Source: an archaeon
Lineage (GTDB): Archaea; Iainarchaeota; Iainarchaeia; Iainarchaeales; 1-14-0-10-31-34
Reading direction: 5' to 3'
Assembly: GCA_024277355.1 (NCBI GenBank)
Contig: JAJRVL010000011.1
Location: 1 to 32,000 of the forward strand
DNA length: 32,000 nt
The translations under genes were made by a program, and so were the position numbers. Below, in pieces: positions 19,064-28,383 of this stretch (positions are counted from its first letter, which is position 1; each line of letters begins with the position of its first letter). The notes beneath the pieces are model-generated. The model was not told where the DNA came from. It worked only from the letters and a program-made list of their open reading frames with translations, and searched no databases.

Positions 19064-19690
19064 TTGGAAGCAAATAAACAACTTAAAACAGGAACAACAA
19101 CAGTTGGATTAATAACAAAAGAATCAGTTATATTAGCAGCTGATATGAGAGCATCAATGGGCCACATAGCTTATGATGAAGAAGTAAACAAAATACATAG
19201 AATAACAGATAATGTTTCAGTAACTATTGCAGGTTCGGTTGGAGATGCATTAGCTTTAATTAGATATTTAAGAAGTCATTCAAGATTATTTGAAATTGAA
19301 AGAGAAACAAAAATAACTCCAAAAGCAATTGCAACTTATGTTTCAAACATATTAAACTCAAACAGATTTTATCCTTTCTTTGTTCAGTTTATTATTGGCG
19401 GAGTAAATACTAAACCAGAAATATTTGATGTAGACCCTTCAGGCGGATTACTTGAAAGAAACAAGTTTGCAGTAACCGGTTCTGGAACAGAATTAGCAAT
19501 GTCAGTTTTAGACCAAAGTTATATTGAAGGATTAAACACAGAAGAAGGAATAAAATTAGCAATTAAAGCAGTTAAAGCATCAAAGAAAAGAGACATTTAT
19601 TCAGGCGGAGTATCAGTAAAAGTAACAGTAATAGACAAAAATGGAACAAGAGAATTAAACGAAACAGAAATACAAAAATACGGCAACTAA
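19064..19690 (+). CDS. psmB: Proteasome beta subunit (TTG start)
   Basis: Propeptide MEANKQLKTG followed by TTTVGLITKESVILAADMRAS (catalytic Thr), GSVGDALALIRYLRSH, GGVSVKVTVIDKNG. GGTGAT lies just upstream of the TTG. Confidence 0.96.
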   Translation: MEANKQLKTGTTTVGLITKESVILAADMRASMGHIAYDEEVNKIHRITDNVSVTIAGSVGDALALIRYLRSHSRLFEIERETKITPKAIATYVSNILNSNRFYPFFVQFIIGGVNTKPEIFDVDPSGGLLERNKFAVTGSGTELAMSVLDQSYIEGLNTEEGIKLAIKAVKASKKRDIYSGGVSVKVTVIDKNGTRELNETEIQKYGN

Positions 19691-19769
19691 AAAAAACAAT
19701 TTAATAAAAAATTTCCAATTTTTTTAATTAACACAGTCATACATTAAACAAAAAAAAGAGAGTGACTTA

Positions 19770-21656
19770 ATGGACATACAAAAAGAAGTAAAAGAAATAG
19801 TCAAAAAAAATCTTCCACCAGAAACACAAATAACTAATGTTGAAATGGAAGGACCAGAAGTAGCAATTTATACAAGAAATCCAAAAGCTTTTTTTGAAAA
19901 CGAAAACTTTGTTGCAAAAATTGCATTTGAATTAAAAAAAAGAGTAAACATCAGAACAGACAAAAGTTTACTTTCAGACGAACATTATGCAAAAAATTTA
20001 ATTAAAGAATTAGTTCCAGAAACAGCAGGAATAAAAGAAATTTATTTTAATCCATCTTTCAGCGAAGTAGTAATTGAAGCAATAAAACCTGGATTAGTTA
20101 TAGGAAAAGGCGGAGAAACCTCAAAAGAAATTATATTAAAGACCGGCTGGACTCCAAATATTTTAAGAAGCCCTACTTCTGAATCAGAAATACTAAAAGG
20201 AATAAGGCACCATTTACATAAATACAGTTCAGAAAGAAAAAAAATTTTACAGGAAACCTCTAAAAAAATTTACAGAGAACTTCCAAAAAATAACGGGTGG
20301 GTTAGATTAACTGCTTTAGGCGGCTTTAGAGAAGTAGGAAAAAGTTGTATGTTAATTGACACTCCTGAAACAAAAGTTTTATGCGATGTAGGAGTAGATG
20401 TAGCAAATCAAGATCAACCTTACCCTTATCTTGAAGCATTAAGACTTCCACTTGACAGATTAGATGCAGTAGTAGTAAGCCACGCACACTTAGATCATGC
20501 TGGATTAGTTCCATTATTATTTAAAATGGGTTATAGAGGGCCAGTTTATTGCACGGTTCCTACAAGAGACTTAATGGCTTTACTGCAGTTTGATTACATT
20601 GATGTTTTAGTTAAAGAAGGAAAAGAACCTCCTTATACTGAAAGAGATGTAAAAGAAATGCTAAAATACTGCATTACAAGAGAATATAGGGAAGTAACAG
20701 ACATTGCACCAGATATGAGAATAACATTACATAATGCAGCTCATATTTTGGGGAGTAGTTCAGTTCATTTCCATATAGGACAAGGAGCACATAATTTAGT
20801 TTATTCAGCTGACATAAAATTTGCTTTTACAAGATTATTCAATAATGTTGATATTAATTATCCAAGATTAGAAACATTAATTATTGAATCAACTTACGGC
20901 GGAAAAGATGCAGTACAACAGGATAGAAATTTAGCTGAAGAACAATTAATCAGAATCCTGAAAGAAACAATGCATAAAGAAGGAAACACTTTGATTCCTG
21001 TTTTTTCTGTTGGAAGAGCACAAGAAATAATGTTAGTAATAGAAGAATATTATAGAAAAGGAATGTTAGACGGCAAAGTTTATATTGATGGAATGACAAG
21101 AGAAGCAAGTGCAATTCATACAGCTTATCCTGAATATTTAAGAAAAGGAGTTCAACGAAGAGTTTTACAAAATGATTCTCCTTTTACTTCAGATTTATTT
21201 CAGATTGCAGACTACAAAAACAGAGATAAAATTTTAGAAGAAAAAGACGCAATAATTATTGCTTCATCAGGAATGCTGACAGGCGGTCCTTCAGTTCAAT
21301 ATTTCCAAAAAATGGCTGAAAACCCAAACAACAGTTTAATTTTTGTTGGATACCAAGGAGAAGGTTCATTAGGAAACAGACTGCAAAAAGGTTTAAGAAA
21401 AACTCCAATAACAGACAACGGAAAAACAAGAGAATTACCAATAAACATGAGAGTGGAAACAGTAGAAGGCTTTTCAGGACACTCAGACCGAAACCAGTTA
21501 GTTAATTATTTAAGAAGCTTAAATCCAAAACCAAAAAGAATCATAGTAAACCACGGAGAAAAAAACACTGCAATAGAATTTGCAAGATATGTTTCAAATA
21601 AATTCAGAATTAATGCAACAGCATTAAGAGATTTAGATGCAGTAAGATTGAAGTAA
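19770..21656 (+). CDS. aCPSF1/FttA-type KH-domain beta-CASP ribonuclease (transcription termination factor)
   Basis: KH region GLVIGKGGETSKEI, metallo-beta-lactamase HAHLDHAGLVP, beta-CASP motifs including GMLTGGPSVQYFQ and HSDRNQL. Confidence 0.96.
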   Translation: MDIQKEVKEIVKKNLPPETQITNVEMEGPEVAIYTRNPKAFFENENFVAKIAFELKKRVNIRTDKSLLSDEHYAKNLIKELVPETAGIKEIYFNPSFSEVVIEAIKPGLVIGKGGETSKEIILKTGWTPNILRSPTSESEILKGIRHHLHKYSSERKKILQETSKKIYRELPKNNGWVRLTALGGFREVGKSCMLIDTPETKVLCDVGVDVANQDQPYPYLEALRLPLDRLDAVVVSHAHLDHAGLVPLLFKMGYRGPVYCTVPTRDLMALLQFDYIDVLVKEGKEPPYTERDVKEMLKYCITREYREVTDIAPDMRITLHNAAHILGSSSVHFHIGQGAHNLVYSADIKFAFTRLFNNVDINYPRLETLIIESTYGGKDAVQQDRNLAEEQLIRILKETMHKEGNTLIPVFSVGRAQEIMLVIEEYYRKGMLDGKVYIDGMTREASAIHTAYPEYLRKGVQRRVLQNDSPFTSDLFQIADYKNRDKILEEKDAIIIASSGMLTGGPSVQYFQKMAENPNNSLIFVGYQGEGSLGNRLQKGLRKTPITDNGKTRELPINMRVETVEGFSGHSDRNQLVNYLRSLNPKPKRIIVNHGEKNTAIEFARYVSNKFRINATALRDLDAVRLK

Positions 21657-21943
21657 ACATAACTCCTAAAGTTTCTTTTTTTATTTTTTTAATACACCTT
21701 ATTCTAAAAAGTATTTTTACATAATTTTATTGTTGTTTTTATGAAAAATTTCCTTGTTTTTTTTAAGAAAAACAAACCACTGCTTTCTCAACCGAAACAA
21801 ATAAAAACAAAAAACATATTACTAATTCTGGATTGAAATGACAAAAGAAAAAATTTTAGAATTATGCAGTAAACTGGAAAAAGGCTGCAAAAAAAAAAGA
21901 CAATGATTTTGCTTTAAGCAAAAAAGCATGTGCTGAATTTAAA

Positions 21944-23584
21944 CTAATTTATTTCATAAATTCTTGTTTCTTTATTCTCAAAAATTTTATCAAAAGAATT
22001 ACTATCATTAAATTTTCTTAAATGCGTTGCAGGTTTCATTAATTCATTTGCAGGCTGAACCATTAAAGAATCCATGTCTTTAGTTAAAAGCAAATGCGTT
22101 GCTTCATACTGATTTAATCTTAATACAGCCTGAAAAATATTTGAATCAAAATAAATAGGAATAATTTCATTTTCCATATAATCACCAAACTCTAATTTAG
22201 CATTAACAACACTTAATCCTGTTTTTAATCCAACTGCTTTAGCCATTTTAACATCGCTGTAAATTCTTGATTTTTCATTTAAGTTTTCTTTAATCCATTG
22301 AATTGAATTCAAATGCTTTTCATTAAACTGTTCATATTTATATTGAGGAGTTTGAGTAAAAAATACAAAAGGAATTAATAAAACAAAAACAAAAAATACA
22401 GCTAAAAAAGAATGCTTTAGAAAACTTGTTTTCATTTCATTTAATCCAATAAGGCAAAGTATTGACAAAAAAAAGAAAATCATTGATGCTCCTCTGTTAG
22501 AAATAAAAGCAAAAGAAAAAAGCATGAAAAGCCCTATAATAGAATAAAGTATAGCTTGAGAAAAAATAAAAGATTTAATTAAATTGTTTTTTAAAATAAA
22601 AGATTTTATTTTATTGAAATTAAAGATTAATAAGCTTAAAACAACAAAAAAAGGAATAAAATACCTTAAAATACTGTAAGAGAAATCTTTTTCTAAATAA
22701 TATTCAGAAAAAGGCAGATTAGGAAACAAAAAAGAAGGCAAAAAATTCATTTCAGAGAAATTATATATTAAAGCACCAATATTCCATGAAATCTGATTTA
22801 AAATATTAACAAAAGAAAAGACAAGAAGCAAAAGAAAAATTAACAAAAAAGAATTCAAATGAATCTGCTTAACTTTAATTTCCTTTTTTTTAAAGAAAAA
22901 ATAAATCAAAAAAAACAGCAGTAAAGGAAGAATACTTAATGCAAAAGCACTTTTATCTGAATAAACTGAAAGAACAGAAAAAAACAGCAGTAAAAACAGG
23001 TTTTTTGATTTAAAAGAAAAACCTTGTTTAAGGAATTTCACTAAAAAATACAATGACATTGCCCCGAAAATTCTAACAAAAAACCAGCCGTGAATTGAAA
23101 TTTTATAGTACAATGGTTCAAAAGGAAATAGTACTACAAGCAAAGACAAAGTTAAAGCAAGAATATCTTTCCTGAATATTTCTCTGAATAAAACAAAAAA
23201 AGCCAAAGCTGCAATAAAAATCAAAAAATAAAAATGATTAAATAAAAAATACAAATCCAAGCCTGATAAAAAATTAAATATTGCCGCTGAAAGAACAGGA
23301 ATAGTAAAAAAAATAAGGTTTTTTTTTGAAAAAAACCTGTCAAAAAAATAGAAGTTAGTTGTATTTTCATTTCTTAAAAAAGACCATCCGGAAAACCTAA
23401 TGGCCTCAAATTTTTCACCTATTGTATCTGCTTTATTTTTTTCTTTAATAAATTCTGCTGCACTAAAATGCCTAAACATATAAGGGTCTCTATAAAGCGA
23501 AGTGGGAGAAGTCAATTCAATAACTAACCCTGAAATAAGACAAAATAAAGCCAGTAGAAAAATAATTTTAGTTTCTTTTTTCAT
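21944..23584 (-). CDS. Polytopic membrane protein, possibly GT-C-type glycosyltransferase/oligosaccharyltransferase-like
   Basis: 546 aa, about 10 or more hydrophobic segments and a C-terminal soluble domain. It overlaps the end of a glycosyltransferase gene. Family assignment is tentative. Confidence 0.45.
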   Translation of the reverse strand: MKKETKIIFLLALFCLISGLVIELTSPTSLYRDPYMFRHFSAAEFIKEKNKADTIGEKFEAIRFSGWSFLRNENTTNFYFFDRFFSKKNLIFFTIPVLSAAIFNFLSGLDLYFLFNHFYFLIFIAALAFFVLFREIFRKDILALTLSLLVVLFPFEPLYYKISIHGWFFVRIFGAMSLYFLVKFLKQGFSFKSKNLFLLLFFSVLSVYSDKSAFALSILPLLLFFLIYFFFKKKEIKVKQIHLNSFLLIFLLLLVFSFVNILNQISWNIGALIYNFSEMNFLPSFLFPNLPFSEYYLEKDFSYSILRYFIPFFVVLSLLIFNFNKIKSFILKNNLIKSFIFSQAILYSIIGLFMLFSFAFISNRGASMIFFFLSILCLIGLNEMKTSFLKHSFLAVFFVFVLLIPFVFFTQTPQYKYEQFNEKHLNSIQWIKENLNEKSRIYSDVKMAKAVGLKTGLSVVNAKLEFGDYMENEIIPIYFDSNIFQAVLRLNQYEATHLLLTKDMDSLMVQPANELMKPATHLRKFNDSNSFDKIFENKETRIYEIN

Positions 23585-24704
23585 TTAATGCTTCCTCAAA
23601 TAAATTAATTAGTTTTTTTATTTCTTTTTCTGAAGAAAATTCTTTTGCTTTTTTTAATGAATTTAATCCCATTTCTTTTGCTTTGCTTTTGTTTGTTAAA
23701 ATAAAAGAAATTGCTTTAGTCAATTTTTTCGTGTTTTTTGGTTCCACAAGAAAACCATTAAATTTGTCTTTAATTACTGCAGGAATTCCTCCAACAGTAC
23801 TTCCTATAACTGGCTTGGAAAAAGCCATTACTTCCAATAAAACTAAACCAAATCCTTCTGAATCATTAATTGAAGGAAGAATTAATGTTTCACATTCAGA
23901 ATAAAAAAACAATAATTGTGATTGATAAACAGTTCCTGCAAAAAAAACATTTTTTTCTATTTCAAGATTTTTTGTTAATTTCTTAAAATAATTAATATTG
24001 TTGCCTTCTCCTATAACCACAAGCATTAAATCAGGAAAAGCGTTTTTAAGTTCAGCAACTGACTTAATTAAATAATTTAATCCTTTGTATTTTTGTCCTT
24101 TATTTAACGCTCCTACAAATAAAATAATTCTGTTTTTAGAAAAAATCTGTTTTTTGGTTTTTAAAGTGAATTCATTTAAATCAATAAAAGGATGAATAGC
24201 CATAGTTTTTCCTGAAAAAGATTTAAGCAAAAGAGATTTTTTTGCATAATAATCAGATAAAACAATTATTTTTCTGCTTAACTCAAAAGTTTTTTTTAAA
24301 ATAAAAGAATAATAAAAATTAAGGAAAATTTTTTCAGTGAATTTTTGTTTTACATAATCATTGAAATAAAACAAGAAAAAAGGAATATTTTTTTGTTTTG
24401 CAATTCTTGCAGCAGAATCAGCCATAAAAGGAGTGGATAATGAACCTGCAATTATTTCAGGTTTTTCTTTTTCAATTACTTTCTTTAAAGAAAAATTCCA
24501 GAAATTAAAAGGCGTATTAGAATACTTAAACATGTAATTTTCTGAATAAATTTTTATTCCATTAATATTTCTTGCAGTCTTAGTTGAAGTAAAAACAATT
24601 ATTTCATGATTTTTTTTCTTTAATTCTCTGCATATTCTAAGAATATGGTTTTCTGCCCCTCCAATAAAAGGAAAGAATTCAGGGGAAACAAACAAAATCT
24701 TCAT
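23568..24704 (-). CDS. Group 1 (GT4-like) glycosyltransferase
   Basis: MKILFVSPEFFPFIGGAENHILRICRELKKKNHEIIVFTS; C-terminal EGFGLVLLEVMAFSKPVIGSTVGGIPAVIKDKFNGFLV. Confidence 0.93.
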   Translation of the reverse strand: MKILFVSPEFFPFIGGAENHILRICRELKKKNHEIIVFTSTKTARNINGIKIYSENYMFKYSNTPFNFWNFSLKKVIEKEKPEIIAGSLSTPFMADSAARIAKQKNIPFFLFYFNDYVKQKFTEKIFLNFYYSFILKKTFELSRKIIVLSDYYAKKSLLLKSFSGKTMAIHPFIDLNEFTLKTKKQIFSKNRIILFVGALNKGQKYKGLNYLIKSVAELKNAFPDLMLVVIGEGNNINYFKKLTKNLEIEKNVFFAGTVYQSQLLFFYSECETLILPSINDSEGFGLVLLEVMAFSKPVIGSTVGGIPAVIKDKFNGFLVEPKNTKKLTKAISFILTNKSKAKEMGLNSLKKAKEFSSEKEIKKLINLFEEALNEKRN

Positions 24705-24772
24705 TGACATCACTTTTTCAGCATTATGTTATTAATTAAGATTAAAGTAAAATATAATAAAAAAGTGGTTTA

Positions 24773-25818
24773 ATGAATTCAGAGGAAAGACTGTTTATTG
24801 CATTAATTAAAGGCAATGTTACAGCAAAAGATTATGAAAACATTGACTGGAATGAATTTATTAAACTGGCTTATTACCACAGAATAACTGGTTTTATTGC
24901 TAAAAAATTAAATAAAAAACTTATTTCAGAAAAAACAATAAAACAAATAAATAAATTAAATAAAATAATTATTTCAAAAAACCTTATTTTGAACAATGAA
25001 ATGATTTCATTATTTAAAGAATTTAAAAAAAAAGAATTGAATTTATTGCAATAAAAGGAATGGCATTAAATAATTTTATTTATCCTGAAAGTTTTTTACG
25101 GGTTTCAAGCGATATTGATTTTCTGATAAAAGAAAAAGAATACTCTGAAATAAAAAAAACTACAGAAAAAAAAGGATTTAAGGAAAGTAACTTCTGGTTA
25201 TGGGAAAAACAGTTGTTTTATCACCATTACCCTATACTTGAAAAAAATGTTAATGGATTAAATTGCATGATTGAACCGCATAAAGAATTAATTTTTCCTG
25301 TTAATCCTTTTGAAATAGATTTAAAAGAAATATGGCGTGACAGAATTGAAATTAATGATATTTTTATTCCTTCAATTGAAGATTCACTTATTTTAACTGC
25401 ATTAAGTTCAGTTTATCAGCATAATTTTTACGGAATGTTTGAAGGGTTGATTGATGCAAAAAATCTTATGAAAAAAAACATTAATTACACAAAACTAAAA
25501 GAAAAAACAGAAAAATATAATGTAATTGAAATAATGATTTATTTTAATGAATTAATAAAAGAAATTTTTGGGAATGGAATTAAAGGAATAAAAGAATTAG
25601 AAGAAAAGGCAGATAAAAAAAAGCTGGATTATTTAAAGGAAAAATCATTAGAAAAAATAATTAAAATTCAGGATAAAAAAGAAATTGATTCTGAAATAAT
25701 CAAAAACAGGTTTTATTGGGCTAAAGGAATAAAACAAAAAACAAAAGTATTAATTTTTGTTTTAAACCATAAACTTTTATCTGCTGTGTGGAAAATAAGA
25801 AAAAGAAAAAAAATTTAA
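24773..25818 (+). pseudogene. Nucleotidyltransferase family protein (PF14907-like), frameshifted at an A9 run (25025-25033)
   Basis: ORF 24773-25054 (MNSEERLFIALIKG...LYYHRITGFIAKKL-type N-terminus) and ORF 25060-25818. Across the junction, frame 3' to the A-run reads RIEFIAIKGMALNNFIYPESFLRVSSDIDFLI, the family signature (IKG..L...Y......R...DID.L). One additional A joins them. Confidence 0.75.
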
Positions 25819-25825
25819 TAACTTT

Positions 25826-26734
25826 GTGTTAAATATAATTAAAGCTGATTTTATGGAAATTTTTAACGCAAAAATATCCTTAGCAGGAAAAACAATTTTA
25901 ATTAAAACAAACAACAAAAAACTAAATACAATATTAAAATCATATTTTCCTGAATTCTCTTCAAAAAAAAAACCTAATTTAACAATAGAATATATTTTTA
26001 AAGAAGGGAATTTTGATTTAAATTTATTTATTGTAAAAGATGAATGGCGGTCAAAAGAAAAAATAAAAGAAACAAAAAAAAATTTGTTTTTATTTAAACA
26101 CAAAAAAGGAAAAAATGGAATGCTTATTACAGGTTATTTAGATTTAAACCGGAAAAAAAGCAAAATGAAAATAATTTCAGATAAAAATTTTTTTTGGGGT
26201 GCGTTTGTTTTTAATTTTGCTAAATGCATTTCAATTTACTTTAATGAATTTAATGCAAATTTAATTCATTCAGCAGCAATAGCAGAAAAAAACAAGGGAT
26301 TTATGTTTATTGGAAAAAATAATGCAGGAAAAAGCACAATACTTAGAATTTGCCCAGAAGCATTAAATTTAGGAGAAGACCTAAACATTTTGTTCAAAAA
26401 AGAAAAAAAATTCTTTATTCAAGCATTCCCTTTTATTATGATGATTACTGCAATAAACAAAAAAAATTCGCAACCAGTGGAAATACAAAATATTTTTTTC
26501 TTAAAAAAATCAAAAGAATTAAAGCTTAAAAAACTAAGAAAAACAGATGCAATAACCTTGATGCTTGAAAACGATATTCAGGGAACATTTAATTTCCAGC
26601 AAATAAAGACAGAAAAAAGAATATTGTTGTACCACAAACTTTTTTCAGAAATTTCTGCATTTAAAATTAATTTTCCTTTAGAAAAAAAGTTATGGAAAAA
26701 AATCAAAAAAGAACTGAAAAAACAAAAAATTTAA
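25826..26734 (+). CDS. HprK-like serine kinase domain protein (RiPP/peptide-modification type)
   Basis: NLIHSAAIAEKNKGFMFIGKNNAGKSTILRICPEALNLGEDLNILF: H-SAA, Walker A GKNNAGKST and an acidic ED in place of the usual sDD. Confidence 0.72.
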   Translation: MLNIIKADFMEIFNAKISLAGKTILIKTNNKKLNTILKSYFPEFSSKKKPNLTIEYIFKEGNFDLNLFIVKDEWRSKEKIKETKKNLFLFKHKKGKNGMLITGYLDLNRKKSKMKIISDKNFFWGAFVFNFAKCISIYFNEFNANLIHSAAIAEKNKGFMFIGKNNAGKSTILRICPEALNLGEDLNILFKKEKKFFIQAFPFIMMITAINKKNSQPVEIQNIFFLKKSKELKLKKLRKTDAITLMLENDIQGTFNFQQIKTEKRILLYHKLFSEISAFKINFPLEKKLWKKIKKELKKQKI

Positions 26735-26768
26735 AATTAGATTCACTTTAAACAAATAAGGAGATTAA

Positions 26769-27026
26769 ATGAATAAAGCAAAAAATATTGAATCAAGAGA
26801 AATTGACGGGGAAACAATTCTTGTCAGCCCTAAAAAAAACGAGTTCTTTATTTTAAACAAAACAGGAACATTTATATGGAAAAACATAAACGGAAAAAAC
26901 ACTGAAAAAAATATAGCAGAAAAATTAGCTAAAAAATACAATTTAAAAGAAAAAATTTCTTTAGCAGACACAAAAAAATTAATTAAAAAACTGGCTTCAA
27001 TGAAGCTTATTACAAAAAAAAATTAA
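26769..27026 (+). CDS. PqqD-like peptide-binding protein (RiPP recognition element)
   Basis: MNKAKNIESREIDGETILVSPKKNEFFILNKTGTFIWKNINGKNTEKNIAEKLAKKYNL...ADTKKLIKKLASMKLI: PqqD pattern (f.LN.tG..iW..i.g..t...i...l...y). Confidence 0.88.
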   Translation: MNKAKNIESREIDGETILVSPKKNEFFILNKTGTFIWKNINGKNTEKNIAEKLAKKYNLKEKISLADTKKLIKKLASMKLITKKN

Positions 27027-27047
27027 TTGTTCATCTTAAAAAATTCT

Positions 27048-28121
27048 TTATTTATTTACACTTTCTTTTGCGATTTTCTTTTTGTTTTTAAGTTCAGTTT
27101 TTGCAATTTTCTGTAATTCAATATCTTTATTTAATTCATTTAAAAGCATTTTATTAATGCTTTTTTTTTCATAAGGACTCAAACTAAAAACACAAAAATC
27201 ACATAAACTTGCATACCCTTGTAATACTTTTTTTACTTTATTCACTTTTTTAAGTTTGTTTTTTTTTGCGAGATCAAAAATAAAAGCAGGGCCTTTATGT
27301 CTCAAATAAAAAACAAAAATATTTTTTCTGTAAGCTTCAATTGATTTTTTATGTGAATCAGTATTAAAATCTGCAAACTTAAAAGCCGTATTTGATCCTT
27401 CAAATCCATTACAACAAACAAACATTTTACCATCGTGATTTATTGTTGGTTTTCCTAAGAAAGGGCATTTTTGTTTAAGCAGTTTTTTATTTGAAATAAA
27501 ATAGGTTTTATTAGAGACATTTTTAGCTGCTCTTCCTGCCGGAACAAGAATTTGACTTAACACATGAAAAGGCTTTTTATCTGCATGTATTTTAGTAAAA
27601 TATTCTTTATTATTTACTAAAAAATCCAAAAAAGAATAATCTTTTGAAACAGCAACCCTTAAAATAATTTGAAGTTTTTTATATTTCCTTGCAGCATCAA
27701 AAATATTAATTATATTTTTTTCAGGAATAAATTTAACGTGAAAATTATCTGTGCTTATATTAAGACACATTAATCCTGCAGAAACAAGCTTTGAAAGCAT
27801 TTTTTCTGTTTTTTCAGGACTTGAACCCCAAAAACCGTTGCTTATAAGTTTAGGGTTTACTTTGTTTTTTTTTGCAGCAGAAAAAAGAGCAATCATTTCA
27901 TCAAAATATAATAAAGGTTCTCCTCCTGTAAACCCTATTTCTTTTATTCCTTCTTCTTTTAACAAAGGCAAAACACTTAAACAAGTATTCAAATCTACTT
28001 TAGATGTTTCAAAAGGCCCGCAGTTATTAATACAATGATCACATTTGATATTGCATTTTTTTGTGTAAATAAATTCCAAAGAAATAATTGGATTAAATAT
28101 CTTTAAATTTTTAGTATCCAC
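27048..28121 (-). CDS. Radical SAM enzyme with C-terminal cysteine-rich (SPASM/Twitch-like) region
   Basis: CNIKCDHC (CX3CX2C) in TKKCNIKCDHCINNCGPF; EIGFTGGEPLL; C-terminal CPFLGKPTINHDGKMFVCCNGFEG and SLCDFCVF cysteines. Confidence 0.9.
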   Translation of the reverse strand: MDTKNLKIFNPIISLEFIYTKKCNIKCDHCINNCGPFETSKVDLNTCLSVLPLLKEEGIKEIGFTGGEPLLYFDEMIALFSAAKKNKVNPKLISNGFWGSSPEKTEKMLSKLVSAGLMCLNISTDNFHVKFIPEKNIINIFDAARKYKKLQIILRVAVSKDYSFLDFLVNNKEYFTKIHADKKPFHVLSQILVPAGRAAKNVSNKTYFISNKKLLKQKCPFLGKPTINHDGKMFVCCNGFEGSNTAFKFADFNTDSHKKSIEAYRKNIFVFYLRHKGPAFIFDLAKKNKLKKVNKVKKVLQGYASLCDFCVFSLSPYEKKSINKMLLNELNKDIELQKIAKTELKNKKKIAKESVNK

Positions 28122-28253
28122 AAAAAAAAAAGAGAATGAGAACTGTTTAAAAAATTATTGAATAAACAGCAACAAGTTAGGAAACCCTTATAAAAAAACA
28201 ATAGCATATTTATTTAAATATAAACTGAGTTATATTTTAGAGGAAGTATTAAT

Positions 28254-28358
28254 ATGACTTATGAAAAACCAGCTATAAAAAAACTTAATATAAAAACAGC
28301 ATCAAGCGGAGGGACTACCTTCCTAATAGAGGTTGCACCAAGCACTACTTCAGCTTAA
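28254..28358 (+). CDS. Candidate RiPP precursor peptide (34 aa)
   Basis: ATG at 28254: MTYEKPAIKKLNIKTASSGGTTFLIEVAPSTTSA*. GAGG Shine-Dalgarno-like element (28240-28243) about 10 nt upstream and AT-rich TATA-like TTTATTTAAATATAAA at ~28208-28223. Leader carries YxxPxI; located between the radical SAM gene and the peptidase operon. Not in the ORF track. Confidence 0.6.
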   Translation: MTYEKPAIKKLNIKTASSGGTTFLIEVAPSTTSA

Positions 28359-28383
28359 TTCATAAATTAAATATGTTTTGCTA

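Noticed and set aside
25777-28038. Opposite-strand ORFs 25777-26103, 26765-26971 and 27751-28038
   Set aside because: They overlap well-supported HprK-like, PqqD and radical SAM genes and have Phe/Lys-rich shadow composition.
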